Assembly: GCA_904063045.1 (NCBI GenBank)
Contig: CAJFCJ010000068.1
Coordinates: forward strand, 122,542-186,541
DNA from: Dimorphilus gyrociliatus
Taxonomy: Eukaryota; Animalia; Annelida
DNA: 64,000 nt
Direction: 5' to 3'
Each line of letters starts with the position of its first letter. The stretch's first letter is position 1. A model generated the notes under the pieces. The model ran no database searches and was not told the origin of the DNA. It saw only the letters and a program-made list of their open reading frames with translations. Of the stretch, positions 12,061 through 22,429 are shown piece by piece. A program made the position numbers and the translations under genes.

Positions 12061-15000
12061 ATTTGATAGAAGGAAAGGGAACCTGGCTGAAAGAATAAGG
12101 CAACCTCAACTAAACAAAGTCACTATAGCCATGATGGGACAGCATGACTCTTCATCAGAAAGTTCAGATAGTGATGACTCAGAGATGGAAGTTACTAATT
12201 CTGATACTGGTTATGACACAAGCAATACTTTCAAAACAGACAGTAATTACAGTCTCAATGAACCTTCAAGCTCATCTGAAAGTGATGACACAGAAACAAA
12301 TAATGAACTGGATCAAAATACAGATTCAGAGGCAAACATTATCTCTGATAGAGAAGATGAAATATCTAGTTCAGACGATGAGTCAATAATTATTGAAAGC
12401 GAAATTATTGATATAACCCATTCGGATAATGAGTCAATAATTATTGAAGGTGAAATTATTGACATAACCCATTCAGATAATGAGTCCCTCATAGTGGTAG
12501 ATTCATCCCAAGATGAGAAAGAAAATACAAGTGACACAGACAATGAGTCAGTCATATTTTTAGATGAGACTAAAATCATCTCTGAACCAATTAGATTCCC
12601 AACAAGAAGTGGAACCACAATATATAGAGTTAGAAGATGGAATAACTATCAGAGTGGACAACAACACAAAATTTTCAACCATTCAACTATAGCCAACACA
12701 GGAAGAGCTAACATGAAACAGATGTTGTGGCTTCCACTAGTGATGACTGTAATGGTGATCTGTGGCTGCATCCACTCAATAACAGTCCCAAAACCATCCT
12801 ACCAAGGTGCCCATGTTACAAGTGCAAACATTACCTTAACATTTAAACCACCGTTATACTTTTGTTCTAACCAACTACCAAGCCAGGCATTTGATCTAGC
12901 AGATGAGCCAACTTGTAATATAGAATCACAAGAAACCAAGACAATTACAGCTGATATCTATGAATTGAACTTGGAAGAAATTGAAACAAGAGCAGTAAAA
13001 TGTCAAGTGTATCTAAGAACTAATTTTTACACTTACTATTTCTTTGGAGCAAAGAAGAGGAGGATTGTTAACTCAGTTATCAAAGTAACTCATGATCAAT
13101 GCAGACAGATGATAAAAGACAAACGATCTTTTCAAGGAAAACCTTTAATGGTGAAAAGAAACACTTGGATCCACCAAGATCAGTTTCCTGCTGCCTACAC
13201 ATGGCCAACAACGACCAAGGTGCTGGAATACACCACAATTATCCAGTTTGGCAAAGCATATTGGCAACCTCCTAATATGAAAATTACAACTAATCTGGAC
13301 TACCTGGAAGATTGTTTACCAGGGCAGTCCTATTGTGAAACAGAAGAGGCAATTATTGTCTTTAGGAACCTCAAGAATAATTACACACTTGGGCAACAAT
13401 CACCATGGATAAAAATTAGCAACAGAATTAGTTGTATCAAATTTGCTGGTCACTATTCTTGTCCAGGGTATTCTATTCTGGACATCCCTTATCAAGATAA
13501 GTTTATTGATGGAATTGGTGGTCCTGGAACAAAAGTACTAGTACCACTGGAGGAACAGAGTTTAATACAGGAAACAAGCAAGGAACACCTATACAATTTG
13601 CTACAATATCAGAAGATTGGCAAGAATGAAGAAAAACGACTATTAAACTATCCCAATAAAGTTAAAGAACAAATTATACTATACAAGCGAAACAACCCCT
13701 TACCAAGTCTTAACCAATGGTACAGAGAAACAAACACAAAGTATAAACTAATGAGAAATAAAGGCACACTCAAGGAAGTTGTGATATATCATCTACAACA
13801 ACCCATTAGTCCATCTTACTGGGAGCTGGATAACTATTATATCCAAGAAATGCTGCAAGCAGTCAATTGGACAAGGGCAACAAGACAATCTGTCACGATT
13901 TCAAAATATGTATACAGTGAGAAAAGAATCAAAAAGAAGGTATTACCAACATTGGGCATATGGTATAAAGGACCACCAGCCAGAGAATTCAAGATTACCT
14001 ATGAAGGAATTTATTTTACTCTACACATGAGAATGGCTAAAAAGCAGATGAAGAAGGAAGCAAAACTGAAACATAAGATAAGTAAAAACCCATACCACAA
14101 ATTCCCATTGGAAATGAGAGAAGCTGCCCAAACATCTACCTTACTACATGGTATTGATTCAAATTTTAAGAATTTAAAAAAGTTTACCCAACAGCTGTCA
14201 AGTCTTCTCTGCAATCAATTTGTTCAAAGAAGCAGAATGATGGCATTACTAGCAAATTTGGATCCTCAATTGACCACAGTGTTAACAAATGAGTTGGGAA
14301 TGCACAGTAGTCAGATGGGAGAATTAGCTATAATTAAACAATGTTCACCAATAGCCTCAACAGAAGTAGTTTGTGACTTAAGCATGATAAAAAAGAATAA
14401 CAAATGTTCTCAATTTTTACTTGTCACCATGAACAACCTGCTTTTCCAAGTAGAACCAGTTACTCATGTTTTACAGCAAGTCAATCCTGAAGAGATTACC
14501 TATAATGAGTGTAAGTCTAACAAGTTATTCTACAAAACAACTCACAACCCATTAAATCCTATAAGAAACCAACCAATGAAAGACAAAACGTATGTGTATT
14601 ATTCAGAAAGAGGATGCAGATTTCACACTGTGTCTGCAAAATCCATGCAGTTACATATCCACAATCACCTTTCTGAACCAAAAATTGAAATTGCCAGATT
14701 AGCTGATCTACTCCACCATGGGGTAAAGAAGGATATTGCATACCAGCACTCAAAAATTAAGCAAGTTATCAGTTCACTGGAACAGAAGCAGGCAAGGTAT
14801 GATAACATGGTCACTGTTGCAGAGAAAAATGGCATTGTACCCAATTTATCTGGACTTAAACAGTTTTTCCATAGTTGGTACTATAAACCTGGGAAAACAC
14901 TTTATGTTATCATACGAAATATTTGTTTGAGTATTGTAGTGTCAATGGTATGTATCATCATTTTCAACTATATTATTGGAAGAAGAAAACAAAGAGAAGA

Positions 15001-15133
15001 AATTGCTACCCCAAGTGAGAGCACAGATAACTCTCCTGAAAACCCAAAACTAATGAAACAAAGTTGTAGCTTTAGTCAACATCAAACTAATGAAGAAGAA
15101 CAACCACCTGTAATTCTCATTAAATCAAGATGA
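11966..15133 (+). CDS. env: PR2 C-terminus + acidic linker + class III fusogen-like envelope glycoprotein (env from about 12713)
   Basis: 1055-aa ORF; internal signal-peptide-like MKQMLWLPLVMTVMVICGCIHS; Cys-rich ectodomain with N-x-S/T sites; gB-like segment LCNQ...LDP...GELAIIKQCSPI; C-terminal TM YVIIRNICLSIVVSMVCIIIFNYII. Confidence 0.8.
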   Translation: MENLDIAIILGCDFLQTVGANLNFEAKQCSLKFDRRKGNLAERIRQPQLNKVTIAMMGQHDSSSESSDSDDSEMEVTNSDTGYDTSNTFKTDSNYSLNEPSSSSESDDTETNNELDQNTDSEANIISDREDEISSSDDESIIIESEIIDITHSDNESIIIEGEIIDITHSDNESLIVVDSSQDEKENTSDTDNESVIFLDETKIISEPIRFPTRSGTTIYRVRRWNNYQSGQQHKIFNHSTIANTGRANMKQMLWLPLVMTVMVICGCIHSITVPKPSYQGAHVTSANITLTFKPPLYFCSNQLPSQAFDLADEPTCNIESQETKTITADIYELNLEEIETRAVKCQVYLRTNFYTYYFFGAKKRRIVNSVIKVTHDQCRQMIKDKRSFQGKPLMVKRNTWIHQDQFPAAYTWPTTTKVLEYTTIIQFGKAYWQPPNMKITTNLDYLEDCLPGQSYCETEEAIIVFRNLKNNYTLGQQSPWIKISNRISCIKFAGHYSCPGYSILDIPYQDKFIDGIGGPGTKVLVPLEEQSLIQETSKEHLYNLLQYQKIGKNEEKRLLNYPNKVKEQIILYKRNNPLPSLNQWYRETNTKYKLMRNKGTLKEVVIYHLQQPISPSYWELDNYYIQEMLQAVNWTRATRQSVTISKYVYSEKRIKKKVLPTLGIWYKGPPAREFKITYEGIYFTLHMRMAKKQMKKEAKLKHKISKNPYHKFPLEMREAAQTSTLLHGIDSNFKNLKKFTQQLSSLLCNQFVQRSRMMALLANLDPQLTTVLTNELGMHSSQMGELAIIKQCSPIASTEVVCDLSMIKKNNKCSQFLLVTMNNLLFQVEPVTHVLQQVNPEEITYNECKSNKLFYKTTHNPLNPIRNQPMKDKTYVYYSERGCRFHTVSAKSMQLHIHNHLSEPKIEIARLADLLHHGVKKDIAYQHSKIKQVISSLEQKQARYDNMVTVAEKNGIVPNLSGLKQFFHSWYYKPGKTLYVIIRNICLSIVVSMVCIIIFNYIIGRRKQREEIATPSESTDNSPENPKLMKQSCSFSQHQTNEEEQPPVILIKSR
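12371..12487 (+). repeat. 51-bp in-frame tandem repeat encoding SD(D/N)ESIIIE(S/G)EIIDITH
   Basis: Units start at 12371, 12422 and 12473 (partial); also present in copy 2. Confidence 0.9.
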
Positions 15134-15149
15134 AGGGACTCATCTTCAC

Positions 15150-15164
15150 AAAGAAGGGGGAAGT
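15150..15164 (+). promoter_or_regulatory. Polypurine tract
   Basis: AAAGAAGGGGGAAGT immediately before the 3' LTR. Confidence 0.85.
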
Positions 15165-15799
15165 TGTACAACTTTGGTTATATTTTACATGCTTGAACTC
15201 TATTATTTTATGCAACATATACATGTACATCTTAAAACCTACGCAAGAAAATGCTATAACATTGGCCAAACATAAGTCTGATTAGTCAGCTTGAAGGTTC
15301 ATCTTTAATTACCAATAAAGGTTTGGCCAAGTTATAATTTAATTAACTTGCCTAGGGTGTGGCCAAGTTATAATTCAATTAACCTTCCTAAATGTTGAAC
15401 CTTGTAACATCCTGTTACTAAAGATAAATATGAACTACACATTTTGGCAACTGTAAAGTGATGATTGGATGTCAGAGACAAACCTCAAAGTATATAAATC
15501 CTCATTATTCTCATTTGGCATGCAGCTTCCATCTGGACCCAAGGACCTGGGAAAATCATCTGGAAACAACCTCCACTGGAACCATCCATCTACTCCTCAA
15601 CATTGGAAGACAGTTTGGTAATTTGGCAACCTGCTATTACAAACTATCTACTCTGCTATTGAACTCTCATATTGTTACTTGCTTAAGTATTATTATTGCG
15701 AATAAACCATTTTAATTTAAACATTTGTTTAAAGGTTCGAGTAGAACCAGTATTGTTATAACTTGCAAACGCATAGATTTTGCCAGCAAGAGCAGTACA
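15165..15799 (+). repeat. 3' LTR of copy 1
   Basis: Near-identical to 6535-7169. Confidence 0.95.
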
Positions 15800-16737
15800 A
15801 TAATATATTAATATCATTGTTTGCTTATATTCACTGTGTATTCACTGTGCCCTAGAAAATAAGTAGGTCAAGTTAAGTAGGTCATTCAGGAATTTGTGTA
15901 AATTAAACAGTAAAATAAAAAGTAAATGAAGATAATAGGATGGTTATATCTCTTTCGAATATGTAAAGGATTATATATTAATTTGTGCAAGTGTAGGATG
16001 TTAATTTTTCCCAATTGAAGTAATTTAATAATATATTAAGGTATTGAAATACTATTCTTAATGTTAAAATTTTCGATAATATTTCTCAACTTTAACATAC
16101 AGTTTTTCATAAATGGCATGTTTAATTTATTTGAAAATTGGAAACATATTGACAGTTGAACTTTTCAGCAATTAGCTCCTAACTAAATATTAATTTTCTT
16201 TTTTTGTTTTCAATAATATGGAGTCTTTGATAGTTAAAGTTAAGTAGTATAATGCAGTTTCTACAACAATTGCTAATAAGCTTAAGAATTTTAGGTTAGG
16301 TCCAAAAGTATTTGAACTCAATGCTTGTATTTTTCTTTTCCATGTAAAAATATTTTTTTCAAGTCATGTGACCTAATTTGTTATCGAGGCTTGTGCCATA
16401 TTATTGGAAATTCTATGGCGATTATTTTTTTAAAAAATGAGCAAAACCTGTCCAGTAGTTTAGGAGAAAACTTACAAAACAGTTTTAAGTGGAAAAGTAG
16501 AATATTACTATTGTTTTGTCTAATTTTCTAATTATCCCAGATGAAAAGTAGGTGATGTTAAGTAGGTCATTCATGAATTTGCAGCAAGTAAATAGCTATA
16601 TTTGTTTTGAATTGTATGGAGGAGTCTTGGATGATTAAAGTTCAACAGCACTATGCAGTTTTCATAAGAATTGAGAATAGCATTGATGATTTTGATGAAA
16701 CAGATGCATTTATCCTGTATATAAGATTATGTGAAAA

Positions 16738-17694
16738 GGGAACAACAGAAGTCGCCCAGGGCAGAAGTCGCCCAGGACAGAAGTCGCCCAGAAATTGATA
16801 GAAGTCGCCCAGAGCTGTGACAGAAGTCGCCCAGAACTGTGATAGAAGTCGCCCAGGACTATGACAGAAGTCGCCTAGAACTGTAGAAGACATAATGTGT
16901 TTGTTCTTTGTTTCTATTGATTTCTGACAATTGAAATATATAATAAGTATTAATAAATATAGAATGCATCATTTAATAATAACTAAATAGTGAATGAATT
17001 AAATAATAAAATACTGGCATTCTGTTGAAGGTTTCACATAAATATCATTTATTTGCTTAAACTTGTGCACAAACTTGAGGTTCTATTTGGATCAGTACAG
17101 CAGAAAATTCCCACAATCACAATACAAAGTACAGTATTGAGTTTTAAACTAAAAATCTTATGCATTTCATTTAATTTATTAAATTTGTTTCTACATTCAA
17201 AGCAGAATTTTGCCATGTTCATCAATTTCTTTCAAATACCTCTTATGTCAAAGATCATGAGAATTAAAAAAAAATTGTAAGATATATACATGATTTTAAA
17301 GAGACTAATATTTTTATCAAAACAATTGTTACTTTTGAAGGATTACAATGCAGAAAATCACTTAATTCGAATAGCTAACAATTCAATTTTCACAACAAAT
17401 CAAGTGGTAAAACATTACTCTACAAAAAAAACTGGTAAAACAATTTCTTTCATTATCACTCAGAGATTACAAATAATAAATACAAACTACTTCATAAATT
17501 ATTTTCATATATTTTGCATTTTATTAAGCATACTGTAAACTTCTAGTACACTTCTGGGCGACTTCTGTCATAGTCCTGGGTGACTTCTATCACACTTCTG
17601 GGCGACTTCTGTCACAGCTCTGGGCGACTTCTATCAATGTCTGGGCGACTTCTGTCCTGGGCGACTTCTGCCCTGGGCGACTTCTGTCGTATTC
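16738..17694. mobile_element. 957-bp non-autonomous TIR element (MITE), probably Mutator superfamily, copy A
   Basis: Inverted ends built of tandem AGAAGTCGCCCAG units; 9-bp TSD ATGTGAAAA at 16729-16737 and 17695-17703; near-identical to 27217-28173. Confidence 0.92.
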
Positions 17695-19560
17695 ATGTGA
17701 AAAGCATATGGTTAGTTTTGATGAGATTATTCAATAAGGAGACCAATGATTATATGCAGTCTGCATTGAATTGCTGTGTTCAAAAGATCTCAACAATCAA
17801 GAGAAAGCTTGAAGAGAAAGATGGCTTTGAAATTAGTTCCAAGAAGATGCTGGATATATTTGGAATTGATATTTGTAATTATTGGAAATAAGTTAATATT
17901 TTTTTCTTGTTTTTTGTTGAATGAAATGTTAATAATATTAATAAATATTTTACTTCTTTCTTTGTTTCTTACAAAGAAATGAATTTGCTTCAAATTTCAT
18001 AGAGAAATGGTATGAAATAAGGCTATATTTACTAATTAATATATAGGACAATTGTTGATTGGCTGATCAATTCGCCATGGGAGGTAATAGCTATTAGGTC
18101 AGTAGTTGAATTTTTGTAATTGCTATATCCTACCATCTTCTTTTATATAGATATACTTTTGATATAAATTAATATATACATTACATACCTCCTGTTACTT
18201 TTTCACCTAAATTTAACCCTTTAAATTACATAAGAGTTGGTGAACTTGTCAAAAAGGACCCTTTATTGTTCTCTATTAAGGTCTTCTTGATAAGAGAAGT
18301 GTAAACAAAACTTAATTATCAAGTGCTTTATCTTGACATGATTGTGGTTCTCAAAACAATGTTAGTTCGTGGGAATGAAAAACCAAGGTTAATTTAACTA
18401 TCATTTATACCATTTATGGTAAAAATATGTTTGATAACTTTCACATGACCAATTTTAACCAAAATTATATCATTTTCGGTTGAAATTTTATGTAGAATTC
18501 AAATATCTTAACTAAATTACAATATTCAGAAAAAGAAAATTTTTAATAACAATTTTATTGATTTTCCTCTTCTTTTTATAGAAAAAAGGGGTGATAACTT
18601 TAAAGAAAACAAGTAATAAAGAATAGAAAAGAGGTGAAATTTGTTAATAAAACAAATATCATTTCATTCAAATTTTTTGTTTTTCATATCAAAAGTATGC
18701 TTTTATATACCTATGTTCTAATGAATAAAACATATTTGATATTTTTAGAAATGAAATTGTCTTGATAAAACTGTTTGTACACGTATCTTCTTAATATTAT
18801 CCAAATTAACTTCATATTGGCATATATCATTTCTTTAAATGTCATGTGGGTGGAGTTTCCCTTCCTAAAGAAAAGCAATTGGCCAATCAGGAGACAGCAT
18901 TGCATGGTGGACTATATATATACTGGAACATTCTCATTCTTTCACTTACAATCCATTTGGCTTTGATTTCGTAAGGAAGGTAATTCTCTACTAAATATAT
19001 ACAAAATTAATGTGTTTTTTCATTTACAGAATCTTACTCATCCAGTTGGCTTGCTATTTTCTTCAAATTTTGAAGTCTATCTGTTAACTATTAATCAGGT
19101 ATTATGTATATTATATTATATATTTATTGGTACAATTTCTTATTTATTTACTTTTTGTTTCAGCTCTTCTTCTGTCTCCTTCATTCCTTCATTCCTCCCT
19201 TCCTTCCTTACTTCCTTCAATTCTTCCTATCTACATCAGAAGTTTGCTAAGAAATCATTAAAATGTGAGTGTTTCTATATTGTTTTGTCCTGTTCCTCTC
19301 CTCTGCAGTTGAATTTTCCACTGCAAGGTTGTAAACTCTTTTTTGTATACTTCAATATAGGCAAGCATATGGGAAAATGAAAATTCTAAGCACTTTCTTA
19401 ACTTCTTTTTTGCTGTTTAACATTGAATTCGTCTAGATTAAAGATTTTCTTGGACAATCTTTAAATTTGATATTTCTTTGATTGTTAAACAGTATAACTT
19501 AAAGTTAAAGTGTTCTATTTGTAGGAGTTTAGCAAGATTTTTAAATATAAAATTGAATCC

Positions 19561-19914
19561 TTGCTACAGATGACAACTTTTGTTAATGATCTCATTGAAG
19601 AAGTTAACAGTACATTATATGAGATAATTGCTTATTATGACATAGATATGCTATCAGAACCAACAATGTATTCATACTTTTGCAATCATCATATTCATCA
19701 ATTAAGCTATGCTCAAGATATTATAGCACTTATATATGACTATAATGAACATACTGATTTAAATAATATTCAAGGAGATGTAATTACAGATGAAATGCAG
19801 GATAAAATTTTCAAAACAATTATAAATATTGATACTGTAATGAATTTAAAAGACATTCTTATTGAATGTGATTTAGATAAATTACCAAATGACTTTCTAT
19901 TTAGTCTACAGTAA
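19561..19914 (+). CDS. Hypothetical protein (117 aa, acidic, helical)
   Basis: Open frame with protein-like composition in a co-oriented cluster; no motif recognised. Confidence 0.45.
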   Translation: MLQMTTFVNDLIEEVNSTLYEIIAYYDIDMLSEPTMYSYFCNHHIHQLSYAQDIIALIYDYNEHTDLNNIQGDVITDEMQDKIFKTIINIDTVMNLKDILIECDLDKLPNDFLFSLQ

Positions 19915-20030
19915 AACATATTCAAAATATAGCCATCTTTAGATAGTAGTAATATAATATAAATACAAATAATAATCTGAAAACTTATCAATGATTGATG
20001 GATATATCATTTGTTTGATCATGTACAAAC

Positions 20031-20399
20031 ATGCATGTTTTCTGTATAATTAACTATGTTAAAAGTTTATTTTCTGTTTTGCTGTTCATTGCAGACTATC
20101 CCAATCTTTCTTTTTTTTTTACAATAAATGACTTCCAATATTTCTATGATAATAGATCACACCATGTTAATATACTGTTGAAAATGTTGAACAGCACTGA
20201 TCCATGTTTAAATAAGAAAACTTATAAAGAATGGGAAGAATGTCTATCAATAACATTTGAGATTCTGGAAGATAATTTGTTTGTAATGGAATCTACTCAC
20301 CATTCTGAAGAATACATGATGAGAAAAAAGTTGAATGACTTATATGATGTTTTGATTTCAAATATTCTTTCCTATGTTATAAATTGTCATTTTGCTTAG
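20031..20399 (+). CDS. Hypothetical protein (122 aa)
   Basis: Open frame in a co-oriented cluster; no motif recognised. Confidence 0.35.
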   Translation: MHVFCIINYVKSLFSVLLFIADYPNLSFFFTINDFQYFYDNRSHHVNILLKMLNSTDPCLNKKTYKEWEECLSITFEILEDNLFVMESTHHSEEYMMRKKLNDLYDVLISNILSYVINCHFA

Positions 20400-20543
20400 A
20401 AAACCTTTGTTAGCATCAGTCAGTATTGTTGGTTTGTTGTTATTGTCATTTTCCATAGTTGAAAAAAAAGTGTTGTACATGTTATATTAAAAAAATGTAG
20501 GTAAATACATTGTAAATATCTGATACTGGATTTTATTAACTTA

Positions 20544-21845
20544 TTGCATATATTATTTTCAAAGCATATCAACCTCAAGTTTAATTATTTTGTTCATTTT
20601 TATATTCAGATAATGGCTCACCAAAATAATAAAGTTTTTAAATTCAAATCAAAGAAAACTAAGATTAATAAAGCTGCTTGCATAAATCTATTTGAAGATG
20701 ACAAAATTGAAAGAGATATTCAACAGTCAGCTCTACAAAATCAACAGCAAACAGAAGTAATTCAAGTTTTAACAGATGATTGTAATGGAAAAAACGAAGG
20801 TGTAGTTGAAGGAAGGAAAGAAGCAACAATGACACAATACTTTGTTAAAAAAAGAAAGAATGAAGTTGTGGATATTCTTCAAGTACCAAAAGCAAGTTGT
20901 AGCAAAGATAGTGATGAAGAATCTGATATAGAAGTATGTTTAGAAGTTTGCCAACCAAAAAAGAAGAAAACTATTAAAATTGTACAAATATCTTCATCAC
21001 AATCATCAGAATCATCAACTGAAGAGTTAATGAGGAAAGTAGCAACTAGTGTTCAGTATCAAACTCATTCCAAATTGTTCCTTGCTGAGGATTTAAAGAG
21101 AAAATTGCTCCATCAACAGAAATGTGATGATATCAGTGTTGAAAGTGGTTTAACTGTTTTTGTAAGAAGAAAGAGTGATTCATTTATTAATTTCATGGAA
21201 AGTTTTTGTAATAAGAAATCTTATAGTGGGATTGATATTCCACAATTAATAAGACAAGTTCCTCCTAAAAAAGATATTAAAAGTCAATATTTAATTGTTA
21301 CAGATACAAGCTTTGATTATGATAAGAAAGTGTTAGCTCTTAATATACTCAAGTATGGTCTAGATGGTGAATTGTATGTAATCCATATTGAAGATTTAAT
21401 GGCATCCGATTTGCCAGTAATCTTTAATGATTGGAAAATTGAATGTCAACAGATTGTTATCCATTTACCAGAACATCCAATTACAATAAACAATTACCTT
21501 GATGAATTTTATCAAAAGTTGAAACTTGTATCTGGCCTCAACAAAATGTTTATATGTATAACTATTAAAATCAATAATGAACAAAAGCACTGTAATTATC
21601 CATATAATAATTGTGATCAACTTGTTGAGGTTGATATGAAGAATAACTTGAAAAATAGCTATGTTGAAACATACCAATTTCAACATCAGCAGACCATAAT
21701 GAAGAATCCATACATATCTATAATTGAGTTTTTGGCAAATTATAATAAGGAATATCTTTTAAATGTACCAGATTTAAAGAAACTTGTTGATAAACACAAT
21801 ATTAAAAAAGCCATGAGCAAGAAAGATAAAATGTTAGAATCATAA
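20544..21845 (+). CDS. Hypothetical 433-aa protein; C-terminal half possibly a degenerate SGNH/GDSL-like fold
   Basis: Long ORF in very AT-rich DNA; basic and acidic low-complexity N-half; C-half pattern LIVTDTSF...VIHIEDLMASDL...QIVIHLP...FICITI recalls the strand spacing of retroelement ORF1 esterases. Confidence 0.65.
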   Translation: MHILFSKHINLKFNYFVHFYIQIMAHQNNKVFKFKSKKTKINKAACINLFEDDKIERDIQQSALQNQQQTEVIQVLTDDCNGKNEGVVEGRKEATMTQYFVKKRKNEVVDILQVPKASCSKDSDEESDIEVCLEVCQPKKKKTIKIVQISSSQSSESSTEELMRKVATSVQYQTHSKLFLAEDLKRKLLHQQKCDDISVESGLTVFVRRKSDSFINFMESFCNKKSYSGIDIPQLIRQVPPKKDIKSQYLIVTDTSFDYDKKVLALNILKYGLDGELYVIHIEDLMASDLPVIFNDWKIECQQIVIHLPEHPITINNYLDEFYQKLKLVSGLNKMFICITIKINNEQKHCNYPYNNCDQLVEVDMKNNLKNSYVETYQFQHQQTIMKNPYISIIEFLANYNKEYLLNVPDLKKLVDKHNIKKAMSKKDKMLES

Positions 21846-21995
21846 TTTGTTTCTGCAATATTAAACTCTATTAAAGTGTAATTACCTTTTGCTTTTTTTA
21901 ATAAAGATATTTGAAAAAATTTTCTTTTCCCAATGTAAGCTATAACTCAATTTAGTCTTTTTTAATTTCTTCTTTCTTTTCATTCCATTAGAAAG

Positions 21996-22295
21996 ATGAA
22001 TGACTTTGATTATATGATTGATAATAAACTGTATTATCTTGCAATTATCAAAGATCAAATATCTGGTATTGGTTTCACCACTCCACTTACAGACCAAGAA
22101 ATGCAGAATATTTTTACAAAGTTAATTACTGAAGAAGAGGAATTTCTTCAACTGTATCAACAATTAAATGATATTCATCAATTAAAGTTAAGTGAATTAT
22201 TGGATAAATATCATGAGTTATATTGTCAAATTGTTGCAATTATGTTTGATATTAATGATTCTCTTTGTTCTATTCATCATAACTTATTCTATTAG
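21996..22295 (+). CDS. Hypothetical protein (99 aa, helical)
   Basis: Open frame in a co-oriented cluster. Confidence 0.45.
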   Translation: MNDFDYMIDNKLYYLAIIKDQISGIGFTTPLTDQEMQNIFTKLITEEEEFLQLYQQLNDIHQLKLSELLDKYHELYCQIVAIMFDINDSLCSIHHNLFY

Positions 22296-22429
22296 ATATT
22301 GTGTTTACATGTGTTTACCTCCTCATTAAATCTTTGATTTGAACATATCATCTAATTATGAACATCAAATTTTTAAAAGAATAAAAATCTATAATTTGTA
22401 AAATTGTAATCTTAATTTCCATTGAAAAT

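Larger units (their letters stand above)
6535..15799 (+). mobile_element. Gypsy/Ty3 (Metaviridae-like) LTR retroelement with second protease and env, copy 1
   Basis: Two 635-bp LTRs (TGTAC...GTACA), PBS, PPT, and domain order gag-PR-RT-RH-INT followed by PR2 and env. Confidence 0.95.

Noticed and set aside
16738-16880. CRISPR-like array of AGAAGTCGCCCAG repeats
   Set aside because: Spacers are only 0-10 bp, the array is mirrored as an inverted arm, it is flanked by 9-bp TSDs, and there are no cas genes; these are MITE arms.
17053-17538. 75- and 82-aa ORFs duplicated at 27532-28017
   Set aside because: They lie in the AT-rich MITE core, have no motifs, and are duplicated only with the element.
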